A DNA stretch of 64,000 nucleotides. It comes from Candidatus Bathyarchaeota archaeon. GTDB lineage: Archaea > Thermoproteota > Bathyarchaeia > Bathyarchaeales > Bathycorpusculaceae. Numbering within the stretch: the stretch's first letter is position 1; each line of letters starts with the position of its first letter. The notes under the pieces are model-generated. The model saw nothing but the letters and a program-made list of their open reading frames with translations. It made no database searches and was not told where the DNA came from. The DNA lies in assembly GCA_963833575.1 (NCBI GenBank), contig CAWHXY010000004.1:1122197-1186196 (forward strand). Reading direction: 5' to 3'. The position numbers and the translations under genes were made by a program. Below are positions 10,768-19,999 of this stretch, piece by piece.

Positions 10768-11244
10768 ATGACACAATTATTGGAATGGAGCAAAACTAGA
10801 GTTCCGCAACGTCATGAATCTGGTTGTGTTCAAACAGGTTATGAGTGGCTTATTCGTTATTTGAAGATTCAAGGGGTAAATCTTGGGACCTTTCAGGAGG
10901 ATTTTGACCTTGGGTAAAATAATAGTTTTGACTCTGTTTCAGCGAAGATTAGACGTGTATATCCTGCAATTAATATCAAAGTAAAAAGTTTCACCAAGGG
11001 AATAGACAAAGTGAACAGGATTAAATTCCTTTTAGAAGAACAAAAACCTTGCCTGATTTCATTAGCTCTGGGTAACGGTCAGGGTTGGCATATAATGCCT
11101 GTTGTACGGGTCGATGAGACTATGCAACTAATACATCATGCGGATGCTGAAGGAAACTACACTTGGGTTTTTCCTGTTGCAGAAATAGTTTGGAGACATG
11201 ATTACTTGCAAGGTGGGCATGATATATCGTGGATTGAACCATGA
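10768..11244 (+). pseudogene. C39/papain-like cysteine peptidase gene interrupted by one in-frame TAA (10915-10917)
   Basis: ORFs 10687..10917 and 11011..11244 share a frame with open sequence between them; PQRHESGC (Gln/Cys) and GWHIMPVV (His) motifs. Confidence 0.6.
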
Positions 11245-11367
11245 AATAAATTATGAATATTGGATATTTCCAGTTAGTTAATTCCATCAAATAAAATATC
11301 TAATATTAAAATGGAAAATCATCATCTCATAGTTTCATCAGATTTATTATTCGCTGTCTTCATTTTT

Positions 11368-11925
11368 TTATCGTTGTACTCTCATCATTGGAAATTTGTA
11401 CTTCTTTTTCTTGCCAATCATGTAACCAATGAAACCGCCAACTAACCAGCAAATGATGAGGCTGGTTAAGGAAAATAAATCAAAAGTTGTGTTTGATATT
11501 TCCCATCTAAATCCACTTGTATTTGAAACGGACATCATTATGGCCCAGAAAACAAAACCAAGTATTGCTGCTCCAACTGTTACGTAAATTGCTTTGCCTA
11601 AGGAAAGGTTACTTTGCTCAACCTTCTGTGTGTAGTTATCTGATTCAAGTTCTGGGAAGGCAATCATTTCATCTAAAACATAGTGACCCTTTTCTGTAAG
11701 TTTATACTGCAAGTCTGCTTGTTTAGATACTACATGCTCTCCGTCAATTGTTAGTTTTTCAAGAGTATTTAGTTGATTACTCAGTTCTTGTGTGTCCTCA
11801 ATCTTCAAATTGTTTCTTAAATCATCAAAGCTTAAGCTGTCAAATTCACCAAGTTTCAGAAGTATTTTTTGGCTCAAAGCATCCTTCAGGATTTCATGCA
11901 ATTGAGCAAACCTTTCATCACTCAT
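11368..11925 (-). CDS. Membrane-anchored winged-helix protein (N-terminal wHTH, two C-terminal TM helices)
   Basis: ILLKLGEFDSLSFDDL...YKLTEKG wHTH pattern followed by two hydrophobic segments and a KKKK stop-transfer run. Confidence 0.7.
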   Translation of the reverse strand: MSDERFAQLHEILKDALSQKILLKLGEFDSLSFDDLRNNLKIEDTQELSNQLNTLEKLTIDGEHVVSKQADLQYKLTEKGHYVLDEMIAFPELESDNYTQKVEQSNLSLGKAIYVTVGAAILGFVFWAIMMSVSNTSGFRWEISNTTFDLFSLTSLIICWLVGGFIGYMIGKKKKYKFPMMRVQR

Positions 11926-12060
11926 AACACTGAGTTTTTACCTAAGTACAATTTTAGCTTATCTCAAAAGAATTCAGCTTTGGAGCAAAAGCTGGAAAGT
12001 CTTTATTGGCTGTATTTACTTATTCCACGGCACTTGTTTCCATAGACTAGCTTAAGAAGT

Positions 12061-12513
12061 TTAGAGAGTGGGTGGTTTTTTCTTGAGAGATTCACGCATT
12101 TCTCGTATAGTTTCTTTATTATTTTCGGTTTTTAGATTTTCTTTCGCGTTTTCTTCGTTTACTTCTTTGTTGTGTCTGTCAACTCGATCATTGACTGTTT
12201 CTACCAACTGCATAACTAATTTGATGTCTTCTTGGAGTTTTTTTGGATTAGTAATAATTGAAATTGTGTCCTCTTTCAAACTGTCTGGATAGTTGACTTC
12301 AAATTTCGGGAAAGAATCCTGCGAGTTTTTGAGTATAGCTAATGGTTTACCTATTTTTTTCAATTCCGCTTGAAAAAGTTCTTGCCAATCCTCTTGCGGA
12401 ACGCTATCTAAAGGCAATTCAACAAAAAATTTGTCATCTTTTGTGGATAATTTTCTTATGTTTAACGATTCAGGGTCAATTGCTTTTAGATTTGCCTTCT
12501 GAATCAGGTCCAC
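12061..12513 (-). CDS. Hypothetical protein with C-terminal coiled coil
   Basis: 150-aa ORF with natural composition; no recognised motif. Confidence 0.65.
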   Translation of the reverse strand: MDLIQKANLKAIDPESLNIRKLSTKDDKFFVELPLDSVPQEDWQELFQAELKKIGKPLAILKNSQDSFPKFEVNYPDSLKEDTISIITNPKKLQEDIKLVMQLVETVNDRVDRHNKEVNEENAKENLKTENNKETIREMRESLKKKPPTL

Positions 12514-12635
12514 GATTGTTCGCCCTCAAGCATATGAGTTTGAATCCCCCTTTAAATTTTTGTGCAAACACAGCATTTGCGTTAGGACACATTAATTAGA
12601 CGTAATGGCAAAGTGTTATTTGAGGTAAAAATGAA

Positions 12636-12839
12636 ATGCCAATAGTTCAAGTTTCTGTTTGGGAAGGAATGACTCTTGAGAACAAGAGGAAAACAGTTGA
12701 GGGAATAACTAAGGTTTTTGTAGATTTAGGGGTTCCTAAGGAAGCAGTTGAGATTGTGATTTATGAAGCGCCAAAGAGTAATTGGGCAACTGGTGGACAA
12801 TTGCATTCAGAAAGACATGCAAGTACGCCATCGCTATAA
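12636..12839 (+). CDS. 4-oxalocrotonate tautomerase family protein
   Basis: Catalytic N-terminal Pro (MPIVQV), NWATGG, SD gaggt. Confidence 0.9.
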   Translation: MPIVQVSVWEGMTLENKRKTVEGITKVFVDLGVPKEAVEIVIYEAPKSNWATGGQLHSERHASTPSL

Positions 12840-12866
12840 ACTCGGTGGTTAAGAAGAAAACAAAAA

Positions 12867-12995
12867 CTAAGATGGTTCAGGTTTCCTGCATGGACAGTAC
12901 ACGGAGTGGTTTGATTGTTTATGTTTGTAAACCGTATCCTTGTCATCAACCGCGCTGACAACCAAGATTAGGTGCCCGCAATGTCTGCATCTCAT
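12867..12995 (-). CDS. Putative zinc-binding microprotein (42 aa), not in the ORF track
   Basis: Manual translation MRCRHCGHLILVVSAVDDKDTVYKHKQSNHSVYCPCRKPEPS*; CxxC..H..CxC pattern. Confidence 0.45.
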   Translation of the reverse strand: MRCRHCGHLILVVSAVDDKDTVYKHKQSNHSVYCPCRKPEPS

Positions 12996-13587
12996 GGATA
13001 ATTTTCTCGTTAGAATTTGTTATAAGTCTGCTGGAAAAACATCAGAAGATACTCGTTTTGAACCCCATGAACAAGCTTATTCTGAAGAGTCTTGGTTCTT
13101 TGTTAGGCTAAAGCGCGCAGGAGACAGATCTTCAAAGAAAGGGGTGACTATACATACGCGAACTCATTTCTCGCGATGAAAAAAGCGTTAAGCTTAAGTA
13201 TTAACAAAAATAAAGTCACTAAAACACCTGATTTAGGAAGTTAGCTTATGCGTTTGGCGTGGATTTTGCTGATTTTGTCGATTATTCTCAATTGATTTTC
13301 ATTGCTTTACTGATTTAGGATTTGAATTGGTTGCAGGCTGCGTCACCGTTCGTCAACACTCGTCACATTCGGCCAAAAAGCATCATCTTCAACATTTGGC
13401 TGTTTGTTCGTCCTTGAAAAAATTACTGACACGCAATTTAATAACAAACGAGGATCATTTAAGCTCTAAGACTTCATTTAGTCGAGTGACACGACACATT
13501 GATGTAAAAAAAGGTATTATCCTTGTTGCTGGGCAATCTAAAGATAAATTTTGTTTATTACTTTGAACTTCTTGTTTAAACTTAGGT

Positions 13588-13860
13588 GTGTTTATGACGT
13601 TTAGGGCAAAGGCTGTCGTAAGCTTAAGATTCTCGTCAGAAAAACAGCTAACAACGCTTCTTAATGCTTTGAAGCCTGAGACCAAGGCGTTATCTACCAG
13701 GCGAGCTAACGTAAAATTAGACATAGATGGCCTATTTCTCTTGCTGACGATTGATGCCGAGGACACGGTTGCTTTACGCTCAACGCTAAATGCTTACTTG
13801 AGGTGGATAAACTCAACAATTAACGTAATAGCGATTGTTGAACAGGCGACCTTAAAGTGA
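13588..13860 (+). CDS. pcc1: KEOPS complex subunit Pcc1
   Basis: ALKPE and IDAEDTVALRSTLNAYLRWI motifs. Confidence 0.9.
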   Translation: MFMTFRAKAVVSLRFSSEKQLTTLLNALKPETKALSTRRANVKLDIDGLFLLLTIDAEDTVALRSTLNAYLRWINSTINVIAIVEQATLK

Positions 13861-13938
13861 AATGCTTAATCCTCAGATTGCAAAGAAAATCAGTTCTCTC
13901 GTAAATTTGAGAAGGCGTTTTTTTTTGACTGGTAACTT

Positions 13939-14196
13939 TTATTTGTATTTTACTTTAAGCATCATGATTACGAGTGCTTGGATGAAAGCTAGCGAATTCG
14001 CAAGAATAATCACGACGTCGTTTCGGTAGACTCCATAAACAAACCATAACAGAACGCCACCGCAATAAAGCATGAACATTCCAATGCTGATATCTTTGGT
14101 TGATTTTGTTTTCCAAACTTTAATTAACTGTGGAAGAAGTGCGACTGTGGTGAAGGAAGCGGCAATTAAGCCAATGATTGTTGTGGTATCCATCAT
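13939..14196 (-). CDS. SemiSWEET/PQ-loop transporter
   Basis: LLPQLIKVWKTKSTKDIS, LWFVYG and ILAN motifs; three TM helices. Confidence 0.9.
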   Translation of the reverse strand: MMDTTTIIGLIAASFTTVALLPQLIKVWKTKSTKDISIGMFMLYCGGVLLWFVYGVYRNDVVIILANSLAFIQALVIMMLKVKYK

Positions 14197-14384
14197 GCTC
14201 TTGTCTCTAACGTGTAGGCGATTGGTATTTACATTTCGCTTATCAAAAGGGAACTATCATGGGGAAACAAAATAATCTGAATTGCTGTTTGACGGTTGAT
14301 GTTGGCATCTCGTCAAAAAGGTTTAAATAAATACTGACTTATTCCCTATATGCTTTAACATAAAAAAACGGATGAAAACTTAGC

Positions 14385-14876
14385 ATGTCACAGGAATATC
14401 GTTACATTCTGCGTATTATGGGCACCGATGTTCAAGGTACCCTTAAGACTTCTTACGCAGTCGCACAAATAAAAGGTGTAAGCATGAGCCTCTCAAACGC
14501 AATTTTGAAAAAGGCAGGAGTGAACCCTGACCTCCGAGTAGGCTTCATAACAGAATCAGATATTTCAAAAATAGAAGACGTTATCCAGGAACCAGCGAAA
14601 TATAACCTACCGGTCTGGATGTTTAATAGGCGAAAAGACACGGAAACTGGAAAAGACTTACATCTTTTGAGTGCTGACCTTGCTTTAAGAACAAAACAGG
14701 ATATTGATGAAGCTAAAAACATCAGGTCGTGGCGTGGATACCGCCATGCATACAGCCTGAAAGTCCGTGGGCAACATACAAAAACCACTGGAAGAGCAGG
14801 CAAAGCTTTAGGAGTAAAGAAGAAGACTCTCATGCAGAAGCCTGGTGGAGCACCCGCAGCTGAAGGAGGCAAATAA
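14385..14876 (+). CDS. rps13: 30S ribosomal protein S13
   Basis: [12 protein letters not shown] and [20 protein letters not shown]. Confidence 0.97.
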   Translation: MSQEYRYILRIMGTDVQGTLKTSYAVAQIKGVSMSLSNAILKKAGVNPDLRVGFITESDISKIEDVIQEPAKYNLPVWMFNRRKDTETGKDLHLLSADLALRTKQDIDEAKNIRSWRGYRHAYSLKVRGQHTKTTGRAGKALGVKKKTLMQKPGGAPAAEGGK

Positions 14877-14878
14877 TC

Positions 14879-15469
14879 GTGGGCGATCCAAAGAAGCAGC
14901 GTAAAAAGTTTGATACGCCACGATTCCGATGGCGTAAAGATATTCTCCAAGAAGAACTCAAGCTTCTAGGGCAATACGGCTTAAGGAATAAGCATGAGCT
15001 TTGGCGGCTAAAAACTACTCTATCAAAAACCAGAGGTATCGCTCGTTCTCTTATCAGTAAAACTCCTGAAGAAAGAGCAAAAATGGAAAATGAGCAAGTG
15101 GTCAAGCTCAAAAAACTTGGAATATTGCAAGAAACAGCCGTACTGGACAATGTTTTAGACTTAACCATAGAAGATATTTTAGAACGTCGACTTCAGACGA
15201 TTGTTTTCCGCAAAGGTTTAGCACGAACAGTCTTCCAGTCACGTCAATTAATTACACATGGGCACGTAACAATTAATGGTCGACGAGTAACAATTCCCGG
15301 CTACTTAGTACTTAAAGCTGATGAACCAAATGTTGTCTATTCCCCAGAGAGCGCAGTTGCAAACCAAGCCCACCCGCTGAGGGCTGGGTTGTCAGTGGTG
15401 GCTAAACAGCCAGAAATTAGGCAGCCTACCAGAGGCCGAAGAGGCGGACGAGGAGGCGGAAGATTCTGA
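14879..15469 (+). CDS. rps4: 30S ribosomal protein S4 with RGG tail
   Basis: [23 protein letters not shown] and RQLITHGH. Confidence 0.97.
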   Translation: MGDPKKQRKKFDTPRFRWRKDILQEELKLLGQYGLRNKHELWRLKTTLSKTRGIARSLISKTPEERAKMENEQVVKLKKLGILQETAVLDNVLDLTIEDILERRLQTIVFRKGLARTVFQSRQLITHGHVTINGRRVTIPGYLVLKADEPNVVYSPESAVANQAHPLRAGLSVVAKQPEIRQPTRGRRGGRGGGRF

Positions 15470-15873
15470 GCGCCAGCAATAGTAAACGTAATGAGAAATG
15501 GGCTATCGTTCACATCTTTAGCTCTTACAACAACACCTTGATCCACGTGACTGACATTTCAGGCGCAGAAACAATCGCCCGCACAAGCGGCGGTATGTTC
15601 GTCAAAGCAGACAGGATGGAATCTTCACCATACGCTGCTATGCGTGCAGCCACAGGTGCGGCTGAAGTAGCCCGAGATAAAGGAATAACCGCTATTCACA
15701 TCAAAGTTCGAGCGCCAGGCGGTTCAGGACCAAGAACTCCAGGACCAGGTGCACAAGCAGCCATACGTGCTTTAGCGAGATTCGGTTTCAGAATTGAACG
15801 CATTGAAGAGGTTACACCGATTCCCCACGACGGCACAAGAAGGCCTGGGGGCAGAAGAGGAAGAAGAGTCTAA
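15466..15873 (+). CDS. rps11: 30S ribosomal protein S11, apparent CTG start at 15466
   Basis: Conserved [15 protein letters not shown] lies in frame upstream of the track's TTG (15538); CTGA overlaps the rps4 stop; ends [14 protein letters not shown]. Confidence 0.95.
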   Translation: MSASNSKRNEKWAIVHIFSSYNNTLIHVTDISGAETIARTSGGMFVKADRMESSPYAAMRAATGAAEVARDKGITAIHIKVRAPGGSGPRTPGPGAQAAIRALARFGFRIERIEEVTPIPHDGTRRPGGRRGRRV

Positions 15874-15964
15874 TCTCAATTTCCCTTCTTTATTAACAGA
15901 AAAATTGAAATAATGCACCAATATCTCTATTGAAACGCAAGGTAATTATAGTAACCTTATTGGA

Positions 15965-16792
15965 GTGTCTCAGCAAGTGAAAATTGAAATCATTGAAAAA
16001 AACGATAACAACCTCCGGTTGATCGTTCGTGAAGCAGATGTTCCGTTAATGAATGCTCTGCGTCGAATAGCACTCGCTGAGGTTCCATGCATGGCAATTG
16101 AAGAAGTTGTCATGATTGAAAACTCTTCGATTTTACAGGATGAAATAATCGCTCACAGATTAGGATTAACCCCGCTAAGAACTGATCTTGATGCTTACAG
16201 TACCCCCGAAGAATGCAAATGCCAAAGCGAATTTGGCTGTCCTTCATGTCGGGTTACACTTACACTAGATGCTGAAGCTAAAGATGGAACAAGAACAGTT
16301 TATTCAGGAGAAATCGTTTCCGATAACCCAGAAATTATTCCAGTTTCAGATAGAATTCCAATAATAAAATTAGCGAAAAACCAAAAACTAAAGCTTGAAG
16401 CTTACGCACGGCTTGGCAGAGGCAAAACACACGCAAAATGGCAACCTGTTTCAATGTGTGCCTACAAATATTTCCCAAAAATAAGTACTCCAACTGAGAA
16501 ATGTGAAGAATGCACAAAATGCGCTGACATCTGCCCCAAAAAAGTTTATTCAGTTAATGATGCAAAGATTGCTGTCAGAGACATTTTAGCATGTAATCTT
16601 TGCATGGACTGTGTTGAAGCTTGCCCCAAGAAACCATCTCCATTAACGGTTGAATGGGAAAAGAACGCTTTCATAATGAATATTGAGTCAACAGGTGCGC
16701 TTCCGCCAGAACGTATACTAAAAGAAGCAACCAAACAATTAGGTAAAGAACTAAATGAACTTGAAGAATTATTAAAGGCTGAACCACAATGA
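15965..16792 (+). CDS. rpoD: RNA polymerase subunit D (Rpo3) with ferredoxin-like Fe-S domain
   Basis: NALRR, DEIIAHRLGL, HAKWQP and two CxxCxxCxxxCP motifs. Confidence 0.96.
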   Translation: MSQQVKIEIIEKNDNNLRLIVREADVPLMNALRRIALAEVPCMAIEEVVMIENSSILQDEIIAHRLGLTPLRTDLDAYSTPEECKCQSEFGCPSCRVTLTLDAEAKDGTRTVYSGEIVSDNPEIIPVSDRIPIIKLAKNQKLKLEAYARLGRGKTHAKWQPVSMCAYKYFPKISTPTEKCEECTKCADICPKKVYSVNDAKIAVRDILACNLCMDCVEACPKKPSPLTVEWEKNAFIMNIESTGALPPERILKEATKQLGKELNELEELLKAEPQ

Positions 16793-17151
16793 AGGAAACT
16801 AATAGTACAAACCCAGAATTGATCACGCTTATCCGTCTTCTAAAGAAAGAAAGTAGAGAAAAACAAGCAGGCATCTGGCTAGACATAGCTGAATACCTTT
16901 CTAAAACACGTAGTCAACGCATCTCTGTTAACTTGAGCACTGTAAACAGGAATACAAAGCGAAGTGATGTGGTTGTGGTTCCAGGCAAACTTCTGGGGTC
17001 AGGCAGTATAGACCATGCAGTAACAGTAGCGGCATTTGGTGCTTCCCAGAAAGCGAAAGATAAGCTTTTTGTTGCAAAAGCAAAATACCTTTCAATTCCT
17101 GAGCTCATGGAGAAGAATCCTAAGGGCGCAAACGTAAGAATTATTCGGTGA
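16789..17151 (+). CDS. rpl18e: 50S ribosomal protein L18e
   Basis: TNPEL, VNLS and VVVPGKLLGSG. Confidence 0.96.
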   Translation: MKETNSTNPELITLIRLLKKESREKQAGIWLDIAEYLSKTRSQRISVNLSTVNRNTKRSDVVVVPGKLLGSGSIDHAVTVAAFGASQKAKDKLFVAKAKYLSIPELMEKNPKGANVRIIR

Positions 17152-17597
17152 AAAAAATGCAAACAATAAAACCCACAGTAGTAAATGCTGAAGGATTAAT
17201 AGTTGGTCGAATGTGCAGCAAAGTTGCCAAACGATTACTAAATGGCGAAGAAGTCATTATTCTTAATGCTGAAAAAGCAGTGTTTTCAGGTAAAAAGAAA
17301 AGCAAAATCTTAGAAGCTCATATATTCCTTGAAGTTGGCGCTCCAGAACGAGGTCCATTCCATTATCGAAGACCTGACCGTTTTCTACGAAAAACCGTAA
17401 GAGGTATGGTTCCGTTCAAGCAGCCTAAAGGCAAAAACGCTTACAAAAGGCTAAAAGTATTCATGGGTGTACCTCTTGAGCTTAAAAATCAACAAATGAT
17501 TACATTCGAAGAAGCTTCATCTGCCAATCTGAAGGGTCCACATTTTACCCTTGGAGAATTAGCAAAAGAAATCGGATGGAGAAACAGGATGGAATAA
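17148..17597 (+). CDS. rpl13: 50S ribosomal protein L13
   Basis: GRMCSKVAKRLL and RPDRFLRKTVRGM. Confidence 0.96.
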   Translation: MKKMQTIKPTVVNAEGLIVGRMCSKVAKRLLNGEEVIILNAEKAVFSGKKKSKILEAHIFLEVGAPERGPFHYRRPDRFLRKTVRGMVPFKQPKGKNAYKRLKVFMGVPLELKNQQMITFEEASSANLKGPHFTLGELAKEIGWRNRME

Positions 17598-17599
17598 TT

Positions 17600-18010
17600 A
17601 TGCCCGCAAAGAAAGTCTTAGTTGTTAGTGGAAAAAGAAAAACCGCAGTTGCCCGAGCCGTAGTTAGACAAGGCGTTGGTAAAGTGCGAATAAATATGAC
17701 TCCAGTTGAAATTTACGAACCAGACATTGCACGCGCAAAAATAATGGAGCCGCTACTGCAGGCAGGCGGAGAAGTCTGGCAACAATTGGACATGGATGTT
17801 CAAACCAGCGGCGGAGGCTACATGGGTCAAGCAGAAGCAGCTCGTATGGCAGTTGCAAACGCACTTCTAAAATGGACAAAGAGCACTCATCTGCGAACAG
17901 TCTTCAGTGAATATGATAGAACCATGATTGCAGGGGACAGCCGAGCTAAAGAAACCAAAAAGTTCGGTGGAGCCGGCGCGCGATCAAAAGAACAGAAAAG
18001 CTATAGGTAA
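17600..18010 (+). CDS. rps9: 30S ribosomal protein S9
   Basis: SGKRKTAVARA, GGGYMGQAEA and C-terminal QKSYR; start placed at ATG 17600. Confidence 0.96.
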   Translation: MPAKKVLVVSGKRKTAVARAVVRQGVGKVRINMTPVEIYEPDIARAKIMEPLLQAGGEVWQQLDMDVQTSGGGYMGQAEAARMAVANALLKWTKSTHLRTVFSEYDRTMIAGDSRAKETKKFGGAGARSKEQKSYR

Positions 18011-18024
18011 GGTGAAAAAACAGA

Positions 18025-18255
18025 ATGATAATTCCCGTAAGATGCTTCACCTGCGGCAAACTGGTTGGAGACCAATGGGAAGAATTCACCCGCCGAATCA
18101 AAACAGGCGAAAATGCAAGTGACATCTTAGATAGCCTTGGCTTGAAACGGTACTGTTGCAGACGCATGCTACTCTCAAATGTCGAAATTATCGACGAGGT
18201 TCTGCGCTTCTACGAAGAAGCAGAGAAAAGAAAAGAAGCACGCAACTTCTATTAA
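18025..18255 (+). CDS. rpoN: RNA polymerase subunit N (Rpo10)
   Basis: [12 protein letters not shown]...RYCCRRM. Confidence 0.97.
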   Translation: MIIPVRCFTCGKLVGDQWEEFTRRIKTGENASDILDSLGLKRYCCRRMLLSNVEIIDEVLRFYEEAEKRKEARNFY

Positions 18256-18380
18256 TTTTCTTTCATTTTTTCAAATAAATAATTGTTTTTGTTTCATGTC
18301 ATTTTTTTAAAATACTGGGCATGATAATTCTTCCTACAAAGCATTAAAGCGAAATACACGCAACAGAACATAGATACCCA

Positions 18381-18977
18381 ATGAGCCCTAAATGGTTTTC
18401 AAACAAACCGTCAGGTCCACCTAACGCAAAAATTGAGTTAACTGCGCAAAAACCCCAATACTGTTTAGGAGAACAAGTAAGCGGTACAGTAAAAATTTCT
18501 TCAGACGAAGAATTCGAAGTTAACCAAGCTGTTGTTTGCTTGACTTGCAATGAAAATATCAAAAAGACACGGATTTCGGGAACTCAATATGGCACTTTTC
18601 AAAGCGAATATTGGGACGGTGGCGTCATATATACTGCCTCTTGCAAATTATTTGGCGCTGCACATATGCCCATAGGGTTTATCGCGACCTATCCTTATGC
18701 ATTGACTATTTCTGATGCGGCTTTGGAAACGCTCTACAGCGTTGACCATTATGTCAAGTGGTTGTTGAATGCAACTCTGGTAGCGAATGGTCGCCCAAGC
18801 ATTCAAACAACAACATATGAAATACAGGTTAGACGACCGCAAATAAGCCAAACTTCACCCGCTATTGTTAAGGAGATAGAGCGAGAAATTGTATTGATAC
18901 CCTGCTCTTACTGCAGTGTACTGATGCCTCAAACAGCAATCTTTTGTCCAAATTGTGGAGCTCGTAGAAAAACGTAA
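18381..18977 (+). CDS. Arrestin-N/Spo0M-like beta-sandwich protein with C-terminal zinc ribbon
   Basis: IEL..PQYCLGEQVSGTVKI pattern, YPYALTI, VKWLLNATL..GRP; CSYC..FCPNCG. Confidence 0.6.
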   Translation: MSPKWFSNKPSGPPNAKIELTAQKPQYCLGEQVSGTVKISSDEEFEVNQAVVCLTCNENIKKTRISGTQYGTFQSEYWDGGVIYTASCKLFGAAHMPIGFIATYPYALTISDAALETLYSVDHYVKWLLNATLVANGRPSIQTTTYEIQVRRPQISQTSPAIVKEIEREIVLIPCSYCSVLMPQTAIFCPNCGARRKT

Positions 18978-19191
18978 AGAGTGATTTGATGGTTAAGTTT
19001 TCTTTGAATTGATCAATTAAAGTGCTAAAGTATTTCTAGAACATGTTTAGGCGCTGTACTGGATTCTTTTGAAACATCAGGTTGACCGAGGAGATAGATT
19101 GTATTATGGGAAGAAAGAGCTGCGTAAAAAGCAAGCGTTAAGGACAAAGGCGAAGGTCAAAAACAAAAGTTTAGAAACTGGAAAAAAGAAC

Positions 19192-19995
19192 CTATTGTGA
19201 GTATAGTTTCTCGTATGGTCTTTTTGAGATTGGCAGTATTTTCTTGAATTTTCCCGCCATGATTTCTTCGGGGGCAACGCCGAAGTGGTTGCAGTATTCG
19301 TTAACTAAGCTCTCAATCTTTTTTAAGTCGCGTTTCCCAACATCCATTATTTTTGCTCCATTTACTGGTTCAAGTATTTCTCCGCGTTCATAGATGACAC
19401 CGCCATGCATTCCTGTGCCGACAAATTTTGCGTTGCATTTTTCTCCTTGCTTTAGGTTTAAGCCTAAGATGACCATTACTCCGCCTGCCATGTACTCTGC
19501 CAAGAAGTCGCCTGCCGAATGTCCGATGACGATTTGTGGGATTTTGTGTTGGTACTCTTTCATGTGAATGCCAACACGGTAGCCAACGTAGTCGCGAATG
19601 AAGATTTTTCCCCCTCGCATAGAGTTGCCTGTAACGTCTCCAGCGTGTCCATGTATAATTATCTGTCCTTCGTTCATTGTATTGCCCGATCCATCCTGCC
19701 CATTGCCGTGCACCACAATTTTTGGTCCGTTCATGAAAGCACCAAGGTCATTTCCCGGGGTTCCATAGATGTCAATTTGGATATTTTTGTCAAGGTCAGT
19801 GCCAATGTATCGTTGCCCACAGACGTTTCTTATCTCAATTCTTTCAATGCCGTTGGCACAGATTGCTTGTCGCAGTAAACAATTGAGGTCTCTGTAGTAG
19901 AGTCCTTCAGCATCAACTTTTAAGACATTGTTTTCTTTTGTAATTTTTGGAAGATATTTGTGGTCAATTTCTAACTTCGGTTTTTGTTCAAGCAT
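19192..19995 (-). CDS. gltB3: Glutamate synthase GXGXG (domain 3) subunit
   Basis: Repeated GxxxG beta-helix, GDFLAEYMAGG and GTGMHGG. Confidence 0.9.
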   Translation of the reverse strand: MLEQKPKLEIDHKYLPKITKENNVLKVDAEGLYYRDLNCLLRQAICANGIERIEIRNVCGQRYIGTDLDKNIQIDIYGTPGNDLGAFMNGPKIVVHGNGQDGSGNTMNEGQIIIHGHAGDVTGNSMRGGKIFIRDYVGYRVGIHMKEYQHKIPQIVIGHSAGDFLAEYMAGGVMVILGLNLKQGEKCNAKFVGTGMHGGVIYERGEILEPVNGAKIMDVGKRDLKKIESLVNEYCNHFGVAPEEIMAGKFKKILPISKRPYEKLYSQ

Positions 19996-19999
19996 CGTT

